Notes under the pieces: model-generated
The model's database searches: none
What the model saw: the letters and a program-made list of their open reading frames with translations, nothing else
What the model was told of the DNA's origin: nothing
Origin: an uncultured cyanobacterium
GTDB taxonomy: Bacteria > Cyanobacteriota > Cyanobacteriia > Cyanobacteriales > Nostocaceae
DNA: 64,000 nt
Reading direction: 5' to 3'
Assembly: GCA_963740315.1 (NCBI GenBank)
Contig: CAVUDP010000004.1
Location: 416,001-480,000 of the forward strand
Position numbers and translations under genes: made by a program
In this document: positions 50,509 through 60,572 of the stretch, piece by piece
How positions within the stretch are numbered: position 1 is the first letter of the stretch
How the letters are laid out: every line of letters begins with the position of its first letter

Positions 50509-51969
50509 TTACTGCTTTTTTAACTTCTTCATTTTTCTAACCGATTGAGCTAAACTAACTATTTCTCTAAAAGTTTTTGGTGATATAATTGAAAGACTTA
50601 AAACATATATCAAAAATCCTAATAATGAAATAACAGCTATTAATAGTCGAATATCAATCGAATTTTGTAATAAATATTTAGTTAATAACATACTACTAAT
50701 CATGATAGTAGAGGCAGCCAAAGGTAGAAAGTATAAACGTAGATAGTAATTTAAATTAATTCCAGCTAATTTTTTAACTGCAAATAAAGAAATTGGCGAA
50801 AGCAGATAACCACGAATTACATAAGCCGATGCAACAGCTACAATACCCCATTTAACTACTAAAAAGAAAGCCACTATATTAACTGTGTATGATAACTGTA
50901 TCCATAGCTTCCAAGCAGGCTTACCCATAGCCACGATTACAGAACTGTTATAGAAAAGAATTGTGTGAAGTGGACCGATAAGAGTTAGTATTTGCATTAC
51001 ACGAATACTTGGAGTCCATTGTTCCCCAAACAAAACCCTCACTATTTCAGGAGCTAAAACTGCTACACTTAGAAATAGAGGAATAGCAATTATACCTGCC
51101 ATTTGCGTAGCTTTATAGAAAGCATTGCGTAACCGTTCGGGTTCATTCTGTAACTTAGAGAATACAGGTAGTGTTACTTTAGTTGTTGTGCTAATCAAAG
51201 TTTCTGTCATAATTAACAGCAGTTTGTAAGCAACAGAGTAATAACCTAGTGCAACCGGACCCAAGAAGTAACCAATTAACAAGTCGTCCGAGCGACGATT
51301 GAAAAAATTAATAATATTAAATGCAAATATATTGATTCCGAAAGCAAACAATTCTTTTCCGTGTACTGGGGAGAATTTAAATTTTGGTCGCCAATCACTA
51401 ACCCACCATAAAGTTAAAACTTGAACAAAACCATTAGTTAACTGTTGACCAACAAGACTCCATATCCCGTAACCGAAAAATGCCATAGATACGCCGACTA
51501 CACCGCTAATTAGTGTTGCTATTAGCGAACGTATAGCCAAAGCTTTAAAAGCTAACTGACGTTGAAGAATTGCTGATTGGACGCTGCTTAGACCACCAAA
51601 AATGAAACTTAGAGACAACCAGCGCAGAATTAATTTTAATTCTGGCTGTTGATATAAATGAGCAAAGAATCCAGCACTTAAAATGCTGAACAAGCTTAAT
51701 AATATACTTGTTACTACATTTGTCCAAAAAGCAGTATCTAAATGTTCTGGTTCAAGTTCTTTACGTTGAACGATAGCTTGGGAAAATCCCTGATCCAGAA
51801 AAATGTTTATAAAAGCCAGAAAAACACTAGCTAAAGCAATAAGACCAAAAGATTCTGGACCGAGTAAACGTGCAAGTAGAAAGAAAACACCCATTGAAAT
51901 TACTCGACTGCCCCAGCTTTCGATAACTGACCACAGTACACCTTTAATTGCCTTTTGTTTTAAACTCAT
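50509..51969 (-). CDS. wzx: Wzx flippase (WzxC-like, MOP family)
   Basis: LARLLGPE.FG, D.G...AIVQ, D.LLIG.FLG...LGYYS.AY. Confidence 0.92.
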   Translation of the reverse strand: MSLKQKAIKGVLWSVIESWGSRVISMGVFFLLARLLGPESFGLIALASVFLAFINIFLDQGFSQAIVQRKELEPEHLDTAFWTNVVTSILLSLFSILSAGFFAHLYQQPELKLILRWLSLSFIFGGLSSVQSAILQRQLAFKALAIRSLIATLISGVVGVSMAFFGYGIWSLVGQQLTNGFVQVLTLWWVSDWRPKFKFSPVHGKELFAFGINIFAFNIINFFNRRSDDLLIGYFLGPVALGYYSVAYKLLLIMTETLISTTTKVTLPVFSKLQNEPERLRNAFYKATQMAGIIAIPLFLSVAVLAPEIVRVLFGEQWTPSIRVMQILTLIGPLHTILFYNSSVIVAMGKPAWKLWIQLSYTVNIVAFFLVVKWGIVAVASAYVIRGYLLSPISLFAVKKLAGINLNYYLRLYFLPLAASTIMISSMLLTKYLLQNSIDIRLLIAVISLLGFLIYVLSLSIISPKTFREIVSLAQSVRKMKKLKKQ

Positions 51970-52054
51970 CTGATGAAATAAGTTGATTTATTTACTATCG
52001 TGATTGAAAATTTTTAGGAATAAAGATTTGTTCTAAGCGTTTCTGTTTTAAGGT

Positions 52055-53161
52055 TTACCTAAAGAACAAAACTTCCTCAATCTTTTTTCGATTTGATTGG
52101 GCAACTTTTAAATTTTCTGGTAAGTGACCGATAGCAATCATCATTATGATTGATTCTGAATCATCAATCCCTACAGCGTTTTTAAGTGTTCGATCCACCT
52201 CATATTCAACACTCCAGTTTAGGCAACAGGTTCCTAGACCAAGTGAATGTAATGCATAGACCAGAGACATGGCAAACATTCCTCCATCAATCCAACACTG
52301 ATTTCGTTCGCTAATACCGAAAAAATGCTCTAAATTTGATGTAATTATTATTACCTTGTCTGCTAGATTACCGAACCCACGGTTGCCATTTTGGAAACTG
52401 AGTACTTTTTTCTTATCTTCATCTTCAGAAAATACGTATACTTTCGATGATTGTCGATTGCAGACCGAGGGCGTTTTCTGAGCCATTTTGACTGCGGCTT
52501 CGATCGAGTTTGTATCAACTTTCTCTGGAGAAAAGTCTCGTATGCTATATCTAGATTCAAAAAAGGCTCGGAGATCTAGCTTTGCCCTATTTATAATGTT
52601 CTGTTTAGATAGCTTGAGTACGCCACCTTTACCTATTGTATTTTCAAGATCGGGAATTGTGTTTTTTAGTTCTATAAGTTCTTGATGAAGTTGCTCATCT
52701 TTAAGACCGCGATCGTAATTAAATTGATAGTAAGCAAATAATGTATTAAGTGCTATTTGAGCAGTTTCATCAAGCCCATATTTTTTTTGATACTCACGTA
52801 GCTTAGATAATATATTTTGAATTACATCAGGCGCAAAGCCTACTCGCGGTTCTTTAAAAGCAAGTCGCTTTTCGATCCGGTGATACTCCTTCGTGATAAG
52901 CGCTTGAAGTCTTGTTTGAGTATTGATTTGTCTGCTTATTACTGAATACTTTAAAAACCTTTTTAAATCATAAGCATAATTTACTTTTAATCTTATAATC
53001 AATTTGCTACGTTGTAATTTACTCTTTACACCTCGCGGGAAGATTTTTTTTAGAGCGTCTGTAGTCATGAGGATTCCACGTCGTAACTTATCATTAAAAC
53101 CCGAAGATAAGATCATTAATTTTTTAGGTATAGAAATAACATTAGTTCGTAAATTAACCAT
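52055..53161 (-). CDS. nitroreductase-family flavoprotein
   Basis: H.IEK.L N-domain; R.SIRDF, TPSVCNRQ, IDGGMF.M.L...LH..GLG.CCLNW. Confidence 0.88.
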   Translation of the reverse strand: MVNLRTNVISIPKKLMILSSGFNDKLRRGILMTTDALKKIFPRGVKSKLQRSKLIIRLKVNYAYDLKRFLKYSVISRQINTQTRLQALITKEYHRIEKRLAFKEPRVGFAPDVIQNILSKLREYQKKYGLDETAQIALNTLFAYYQFNYDRGLKDEQLHQELIELKNTIPDLENTIGKGGVLKLSKQNIINRAKLDLRAFFESRYSIRDFSPEKVDTNSIEAAVKMAQKTPSVCNRQSSKVYVFSEDEDKKKVLSFQNGNRGFGNLADKVIIITSNLEHFFGISERNQCWIDGGMFAMSLVYALHSLGLGTCCLNWSVEYEVDRTLKNAVGIDDSESIIMMIAIGHLPENLKVAQSNRKKIEEVLFFR

Positions 53162-53371
53162 ATAACTTACTTCCTATTAATTTTAAATGTTTGAGATATG
53201 TAGCGAATGAATTCAAATTACAAACTTCCATCTATATTTTGTTAAAGTAAATAAAAATGATTTACTTTGTCTGCATTATGATTACACCTAATATTTTTCA
53301 ATTTACACAAAAACAAATAAGTATTTACAAATAGCATAAATTAGTTTTATAATTATTATTAATTCCTATTT

Positions 53372-54361
53372 TTACACATTATAATAAGAACGGAACCATT
53401 CAACAAAGTGTTTTAAACCAACCTCAAGTGATGTGTTGGGCTTAAAACCTGTATCTCTAATCAAATCTTCAATATCAGCATATGTTTCTGGAACATCTCC
53501 TGGTTGAATTGGGACTAATTCTTTCTGAGCTTTTACGCCAAGATGATTCTCTAAAATCTCGATAAAATCAACAAGATTAACGGGCTGATTATTACCAATA
53601 TTATAAATTTTATAAGGCGGTGATTTTATTTCTATTGTTGAATCAGATTGAGGAATCTTGTCTGCAACCCGAATTATTCCCTCTACTATGTCATCAATAT
53701 AGGTAAAATCTCGGCGCATTTTACCGTAGTTAAATACCTTAATTGGTTTTCCAGTCAAAATTGATTGAGTAAATGAGAAATACGCCATGTCAGATTTACC
53801 CCAAGAACCATAAACTGTGAAAAATCGCAGACCTGTTGTTGGTATTTCATATAAATGACTGTAAGTGTATGCCATTAACTCATTAGCTCTTTTTGTTGCT
53901 GCATAAAGGCTAACAGGATCGTCTACTCGATCGCCTACAGCAAACGGAATCTTGGTATTTGCGCCATATACAGAACTTGAAGATGCATAGATTAGGTGCC
54001 GCACTCGTGCATGACGACATCCTTCAAGGATGTTGACAAAGCCAATTAGGTTACTATCAACGTAATTATGGGGATGCGTCAGTGAGTAACGAACACCTGC
54101 TTGTGCTGCTAAGTGAATAACTTTTTCTGGCTTATAAATGGTAAATAATTCAGCTATTTTAGAGCGATTTGCCAGATCTAATTGAAAGAAATGAAAATTT
54201 TGATGATTGAATAATTGTTCTAAGCGTGCCTGTTTTAAGCTGACATCATAGTAATCATTTAAGTTATCAACACCAATGACATTTTCACCATTAGCTAACA
54301 ACTTTTGGCTTAAATGAAAGCCAATAAAACCTGCTACTCCTGTGATTAAGATGTTTTTCAT
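53372..54361 (-). CDS. NAD-dependent epimerase, UDP-glucuronate 4-epimerase type
   Basis: TG.AGFIG, HLAAQAGVRYS, YASSSSVYG, YAATK, RDFTYIDD. Confidence 0.9.
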   Translation of the reverse strand: MKNILITGVAGFIGFHLSQKLLANGENVIGVDNLNDYYDVSLKQARLEQLFNHQNFHFFQLDLANRSKIAELFTIYKPEKVIHLAAQAGVRYSLTHPHNYVDSNLIGFVNILEGCRHARVRHLIYASSSSVYGANTKIPFAVGDRVDDPVSLYAATKRANELMAYTYSHLYEIPTTGLRFFTVYGSWGKSDMAYFSFTQSILTGKPIKVFNYGKMRRDFTYIDDIVEGIIRVADKIPQSDSTIEIKSPPYKIYNIGNNQPVNLVDFIEILENHLGVKAQKELVPIQPGDVPETYADIEDLIRDTGFKPNTSLEVGLKHFVEWFRSYYNV

Positions 54362-55406
54362 ATCAAATGTCTATTTGCTTACAGGATAGATGCTTAAGTA
54401 TCTATGTTGTATAATTTAGTCCATATCTTTTTGTAGTTAATCAGGATAAGATACTACAAAACACTAAATTATTTTTTTAATCGGCAATAATACTCCTCTT
54501 GTATTTTTAAAATTTTAACTATCGTTACCTTTGCTATCATTCAACTTCCTAAATTTACAATAAACAAGTGCCTGAAAATACAATTAAGAATCCCTTATTT
54601 GAGTTGATTTGCATAATTTGACACCGAATAATTAGTATTCATTAACTGCTTCATCGCTATCCGCATAAATACCGGAATAATCCGGGTAAAATTATATCTG
54701 GCATCTCTATAAACCCAGATAAAGCGATCGCGACTTACGCTGCAACAACGGAAAATATAGTGTTCCAGATATCAAGAACCCCTCAACCCCCCTATTATTG
54801 AGGGCTTTGCGTAAATTATAGTAATGACTAATGTTCCTAAGCTACATTAATTTCATTAATTTCGATCGGTGTAGAATTTTCGCATAATTACCGAGTGATT
54901 CAAATTAATCGATTGTTATAAGTCAAGATGCACGCGCTTATAGAACGCTGTTTTCGCGTCGTGTTTTTTCAGAGCAACCTGATTCATGGCATACGACTGC
55001 GATGAATGAAAAAAATACGTCTATCTATGTTATTGCTTGTTGCCGTCTCCCCGTTTCCTTTCAATCAATTATCATTTGCACTTACACTACTACATTCAAA
55101 TTCTGATTGATTCCAGACTTTTGAACCCCCAACTTTCTTTTAAAAAGGGGAGTCGATAGTATTAGTAGGATAAAAATGACTTCTATTTCTTAAAATAAGA
55201 CAGCAACAACTAAACAATCTAAGCTTTTTTGCATAGGCGAATATACTCTGACTATCATCTGTCACTCCTAATGTCACGTATAAGATTAACCATACCAAAT
55301 TGACCATAACCTACATTAGAAATCACAGGCTATAACAAACCCGATCGTTTCATGATTTTAGGCATGGTCAGCAGCTAAAACAGGTCGATGCAATAGCCTT
55401 TAAAGA

Positions 55407-55436
55407 ATTATACTTAGCTTCCCTAATAACTGTCTA
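55407..55436 (-). promoter_or_regulatory. sigma70-like promoter TAGACA-N18-TATAAT
   Basis: minus-strand -35 at 55436-55431, -10 at 55412-55407. Confidence 0.4.
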
Positions 55437-55818
55437 TAATAATACTTCATACTTTATACACTCAACAGTGTAGTTCTTTTTACAGTATTCTCCGAGAAAA
55501 AATTAAAAACTTTATATTTTACAGTCATTTTCTTCATAAAAGCATTATAATAGATACAGGTGCTAAGAAAATCTACTATATAGAATAATTGCTGATAGCA
55601 GTACTTCAAATCGAGAAATCTGGGTGATTCGCGATATTGGCAGTATATAAATTTACTAGCTGGAGCAACTTTTTACTAGTTACCAGATGGTTTATGTTGC
55701 CACCAATTTATTTTAAGCCTGTCGAAATATAAAAAAGCTTAACTTGCTGCTATTAAGAAGCTGAAATTATTTTGTTATTGTTTACTTCGATCGATGAAAA
55801 GTAGATGCATGAAAAGTT

Positions 55819-56910
55819 TTATCCTTTTATTATCCGTCTCGCAAAACGCTTAAAAGGACTTGAACCATAAGTTAAAAGGAACAACTTATGAAAAACGCTG
55901 TCTGGTAGATATTCTCCCCATTGGAATAGCCATTTTTGATGCAAACAAAAGTTTCTGAATTCCGCGTGAGAAATTACTTGCCGATGTAGCAATGCGCGTT
56001 CGAGCTTTGATACTCCTTTAAAACGGGCAAGCAAATATTTATCGTGACAGACTCTCAAGCTAAACTTTAATTCTTTTAACTGTCGTGCAACTTGCTCTCC
56101 ATAAATTTTTTGCAGAAACTTTTTTTGTTCCTCATATACACGCTCAAAAGTAACTTCTTCTCTCTCCAAGATTTTTTGCGACAAAGTACTTTGAGAACTA
56201 ACGTTTGCTCCATGCAAGCGAAACTTACTTAATACTTCCTGAACAGCCCCGATTACGGTAATAAATGGAGCTAAACGAAATATTAAACTGTCTGCATTTC
56301 GTGTAAACGCTTCATTGAGTGGAAATATTTTATCGCCAATTTCTCGTCGTATACTCAGTGCAGAAGCGGGAGGTATGTTGTAGACAAATCCGCCATTCTC
56401 CATCGCAAATTCTCCCATCCAGCCAGAAGCCAATTGTTTAATTTTAGGAGTTGTATGAAGGAAGTTCCCCTGCCCATCTATTTCCAGGACATTATGAATG
56501 GCAAAACCACATTTAGGTTCAGATATATATAGCTCCACAACCTTTTGCAGCTTGTTACTCATCCAGATATCATCTGCATCTAGAATACAGATAATCTGAC
56601 CTTTGCTTTTGCTATATGCTACATTCAGAGCATTAGCCACACCACCATTTTCTTTCTGTATCAGTTTTATTCTTGAATCCCTCTGGACATAGGATTCAAT
56701 CACTTCACAGGAATTGTCTTTAGAACCATCATCACAAACTATTACTTCAAAATTAGGATAGGTTTGATCGAGAACACTATCTAAAGCTTCCCCGATATAT
56801 CTTGCATAGTTGTAATTTGGGATCAGAATTGAAACCAAAGGAGATGAAGGAAGTAGCGGGAATTCTATCGGTTCGAGCTGATTAATTTGTTGCATAGATG
56901 TCAATTTCAT
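55819..56910 (-). CDS. GT2 glycosyltransferase
   Basis: VSILIPNYNY, DDGS.D, NGGV..A.N, LDADD. Confidence 0.9.
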   Translation of the reverse strand: MKLTSMQQINQLEPIEFPLLPSSPLVSILIPNYNYARYIGEALDSVLDQTYPNFEVIVCDDGSKDNSCEVIESYVQRDSRIKLIQKENGGVANALNVAYSKSKGQIICILDADDIWMSNKLQKVVELYISEPKCGFAIHNVLEIDGQGNFLHTTPKIKQLASGWMGEFAMENGGFVYNIPPASALSIRREIGDKIFPLNEAFTRNADSLIFRLAPFITVIGAVQEVLSKFRLHGANVSSQSTLSQKILEREEVTFERVYEEQKKFLQKIYGEQVARQLKELKFSLRVCHDKYLLARFKGVSKLERALLHRQVISHAEFRNFCLHQKWLFQWGEYLPDSVFHKLFLLTYGSSPFKRFARRIIKG

Positions 56911-57107
56911 TATATTTTTCCTGATTTAGGTACAATTTTTTGAAAGGTGAGGTTAAATTTTGATTGTTAATTTTAAATTAAACCTAAAATTAAAATTTCT
57001 AATAAGTTAAATCAAAATTAACAATTATGAGTGCGAGCTGTATAGAAAATATTTAGTACTTAAACAGATTCAATTACAATTTAGCCGTTGCTTCTTTATT
57101 ATTTTAT

Positions 57108-58232
57108 TTAAGTAGCGCACACTTCTTTTTCAAATAGCCCTAAAGCCCGTAAAGCAGCTTGATCCATATTGTAATACTTGTATTCTGCAAGTCTTCCAGC
57201 AAAGATTACACTACCATTAAGTTTTTGAGATTCTTTAACATAGAGTTCGTAAAGCTGGCGGTTTTCTTCACGGGGAATAGGGTAGTAAGGGTCGTTTTTC
57301 TCTGGTATGTAAGCCTGTGGATACTCCATCACCAGAGTGGTTTTAGGTGAAGTTTGCCCTGAAAGATACTTTTGCTCGGTAATTCGGGTAATATCGTAAT
57401 TATTAGGATAGTTAACTGTACCGACTTCTTGGTAATTTTCTCGATCTAAAGTTTCATGATGAAAGCGTAAACTGCGATAAGGTAATTCTCCATGCATATA
57501 GTCAAAAAAGGTGTCAACTGGTCCGGTATAAATCATCCGGTTGAACTTTATATCTTTGACTACTTCGCGGTAATCAGCATTTAGCAACACTTTGATATTA
57601 GGATGAGATAGCATTCGCCGGAACATCTCGGTGTAACCTAGCTTCGGCATAGCTTGGTAAGAATCTTGAAAATATCGATTATCTCGACTGATATATACTG
57701 GAACGCGCCCAGTTACTCCTTTATCTAACTCTTCGGGTTTTAGTTCCCACTGCTTCATTGTGTAGTGGAGAAAGACATTATTGTAGATATATTCAGCCAG
57801 AAAGCTGAGATCGCCACTAGCACTTTCACGCAACTTTAAAATCGGTACCTTTACTCCAAAACCAAAGTTTTCTAAAAGTAAATCCTCTAACTTTTGAGCA
57901 TAGTGGGGTGGAAAAAGTTCATACAAAGAGTTGAGGTTGAAAGGAATCGGAACTTTCTTACCCTCTATTACCCCAAGAACATGATGAAAATACGGTCGCC
58001 ATTCAGTGAACTCAGACAGATAATCCCAAACTTTCTTAGATTTAGTGTGAAAAATATGGGGACCATATTTATGTACTAGAATGCCGTGTTCGTTATAATA
58101 ATCGTATGCATTCCCGCCTATATGGTCCCTTCGTTCTACTATCAATACTTGTTGTCCAAGTTGAGTAGCAATTCGCTCGGCAAGTACACAGCCTGAATAT
58201 CCCGCTCCAACAATTAACCAATCTACTTTCAT
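57108..58232 (-). CDS. glf: UDP-galactopyranose mutase
   Basis: IVGAG.SG, HIGGN.YD, HKYGPHIFHT, LPYRSL, PYYP, GRLAEYKYYNMD. Confidence 0.96.
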   Translation of the reverse strand: MKVDWLIVGAGYSGCVLAERIATQLGQQVLIVERRDHIGGNAYDYYNEHGILVHKYGPHIFHTKSKKVWDYLSEFTEWRPYFHHVLGVIEGKKVPIPFNLNSLYELFPPHYAQKLEDLLLENFGFGVKVPILKLRESASGDLSFLAEYIYNNVFLHYTMKQWELKPEELDKGVTGRVPVYISRDNRYFQDSYQAMPKLGYTEMFRRMLSHPNIKVLLNADYREVVKDIKFNRMIYTGPVDTFFDYMHGELPYRSLRFHHETLDRENYQEVGTVNYPNNYDITRITEQKYLSGQTSPKTTLVMEYPQAYIPEKNDPYYPIPREENRQLYELYVKESQKLNGSVIFAGRLAEYKYYNMDQAALRALGLFEKEVCAT

Positions 58233-58260
58233 TTTTTTTAACTCATTATTGTGACAGAAA

Positions 58261-59574
58261 CTAAATTACTTCTGGCTGGAAGTATTGATGAATGTAATCC
58301 ACAAACGGTTGATAGGATGATTTTGGAGAAAGATTCTCTGTTACAAACTTATAAGCTTGCCGTTCCATCCATTGACGCTTGTCTGAATCGGTCAAAAGCG
58401 TATGCATAGCAGCAGCAAAATCATCAACCGAATCTGCTACAATTGCAGTCTTACCTGCAATCTCGGGTAATCCTTGAATTCCGACGCTGGTTGAAACGCA
58501 AGCGCGTCCGTAGGACATTGCCTCCACAAGCTTGATTTTTAATCCGCTACCAGCCAGTAAAGGAACCAAACAAACTTCAGCAGCGTCATATTCAGGTTTT
58601 AAATCGTTTACTCTACCCAGAAAGCTAACATTGGGAAACGTTTCTTGAATCACGTCACATACACTACCGCACACGTGGAGGCTGCAATGAGGCACTTTTT
58701 TAATTATCTCTAGCCAGACATTTTCCAGAAACCACTGCAAACCGTAAAAATTGTGCTGGGAGCTACTACCCACAAATAAACAACGACCGGGTACTTGTTT
58801 AATAGTATGAGAGTAAGGTATAGCAGAGATAGGCGTATTAATTACCTGAGTGTGAGGTACCATTTGCTTAAATAATTCAGCATCTTCTTTCTGAATTGCT
58901 AATAGTACCTGTGCTTTTCCTAACTGTGCGGTTTCTGCTTCCAGGCTCCAGTTACCATCATGTATGACGACACCTATTTTCTGGAATTGGGCATTTCTTT
59001 GGTGAAATACATCGTGAGTGAGAATAACTTTAAGGATATTTTTATCGGCAGATAGAGTATCCAAGATATTAGCCAAATATAGATAGTTCACGACTACAAC
59101 ATCTGGTTTAAACCTATCAACTTGAGCTTTCGCAAAAGCAATTTCTTCTGGATTTGCTAAAACATCTTGCCAGTCTCGAACGTTGATATTTTTTGTATTA
59201 ATTAATTGCTGGTTATATTTTTTTTGGATTTTTTTTGCCGCTAAACGATATATATTTTTGAGGGGCTGAGGTAACTTATGAAAAAACAACCGTAGTGGTC
59301 CGATAATCCAATCGGATAACTTGTTAAACCTCAGCAGAATATGACCTATTTGTAAATTATTTGGTATCCTGACTTTTATCGGTTTTCTCAATGTAGAAGG
59401 AATTACACACCAGGGATATCTATCAATAGGTAATGGATTAACTGATACATACTGCACTTCGCACTCTACTTTTCGTAAGTAGCTAATCAAATCTAAAATG
59501 TATGCATCTCTACCTATATTATTCTCGATCGGAAAAACCCTGCTAATGATTTGAATCTTAATTTTTTTATTCAT
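58261..59574 (-). CDS. GT4-type glycosyltransferase
   Basis: THD, FVGS...N..GL.WF, PLLAGSGLKIKLVEAMSYG. Confidence 0.88.
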   Translation of the reverse strand: MNKKIKIQIISRVFPIENNIGRDAYILDLISYLRKVECEVQYVSVNPLPIDRYPWCVIPSTLRKPIKVRIPNNLQIGHILLRFNKLSDWIIGPLRLFFHKLPQPLKNIYRLAAKKIQKKYNQQLINTKNINVRDWQDVLANPEEIAFAKAQVDRFKPDVVVVNYLYLANILDTLSADKNILKVILTHDVFHQRNAQFQKIGVVIHDGNWSLEAETAQLGKAQVLLAIQKEDAELFKQMVPHTQVINTPISAIPYSHTIKQVPGRCLFVGSSSQHNFYGLQWFLENVWLEIIKKVPHCSLHVCGSVCDVIQETFPNVSFLGRVNDLKPEYDAAEVCLVPLLAGSGLKIKLVEAMSYGRACVSTSVGIQGLPEIAGKTAIVADSVDDFAAAMHTLLTDSDKRQWMERQAYKFVTENLSPKSSYQPFVDYIHQYFQPEVI

Positions 59575-59643
59575 ATTTTATAATGTAACTTTATATATTC
59601 GTTGTTGAATCAAAATAAGAAAGATATTATACTTTTGTTGAAA

Positions 59644-60477
59644 TTAAATAGTATTTTTGATAAACTTATTTTTAAGGTATGGTAATACTTCTGAGGGTTG
59701 TTTATACAACAAAATTACTCGATCAATTTTTGAATAGACAAATTTTAAACACTTAACTTGAAATTGTTGAAAATAAGTAAGTTTTTTGCGATGCTCTTCG
59801 ATAAGAGTAGAAAGGTGTTGAGAATGGTTGCCGCTTTGAACAAGGTTAATTGTTTTTGTCCCTTCAATTTGTCGATGATTACCCAATATTTGATTTACAT
59901 ACTTAACATTCGCATTTTGAACAGCTTTAAAGATAAAATCTAAATCCATCATGTAATGCTCATCTACTTGATAAAATCCTATTTTTTGATGTAAAGACTT
60001 ATGATAAAAATAAGCCGATGGATTTAATGGAAAAATACAAAAATTTGTTTTAGTTAATAGCTGTACAATTTTTAATCTTTTTGGTTTATTAACAGATTTT
60101 ATTTTGTCATTATTATCTAAAAGATTACAGTTGCCGACAAGTAAGCTAGGCTCTGGTAATTCTTTAAAAATTTTGCATACAGAATTTAATGCTTCAGCTT
60201 GATAAAAATCATCAACATTTAAAAAAGATAATATTTCACCTTTCGCCATCCCAATACCTTTATTCATTGCATCCGACTGTCCTTTATCTTTTTCAGAAAT
60301 CCAGCGAATGTGGGGATAATTTTGTGCATAATACTCAATTACCTCTACAGTTTTATCTGTCGAGCCACCATCGATAATCAGGTGTTCCACGTCTTGACAG
60401 TTCTGATCGATCACATTTTTTATACAAGACTCGATAAACTTTTCGCCGTTATAGACAGGTGTAATAACACTAATCAT
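59644..60477 (-). CDS. GT2 glycosyltransferase (start revised to MISVITPVYN)
   Basis: DGGSTD, GQSDAMNKG, LNVDD; the longer ORF start overlaps the upstream gene. Confidence 0.88.
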   Translation of the reverse strand: MISVITPVYNGEKFIESCIKNVIDQNCQDVEHLIIDGGSTDKTVEVIEYYAQNYPHIRWISEKDKGQSDAMNKGIGMAKGEILSFLNVDDFYQAEALNSVCKIFKELPEPSLLVGNCNLLDNNDKIKSVNKPKRLKIVQLLTKTNFCIFPLNPSAYFYHKSLHQKIGFYQVDEHYMMDLDFIFKAVQNANVKYVNQILGNHRQIEGTKTINLVQSGNHSQHLSTLIEEHRKKLTYFQQFQVKCLKFVYSKIDRVILLYKQPSEVLPYLKNKFIKNTI

Positions 60478-60572
60478 TTTTTTAACTAATATAGGAATAA
60501 TATTTATTATTGAAAAACTAACGCATTCAATTAATTTAATTTCCGAGACAACCGTATAATAACTGAATTCGT

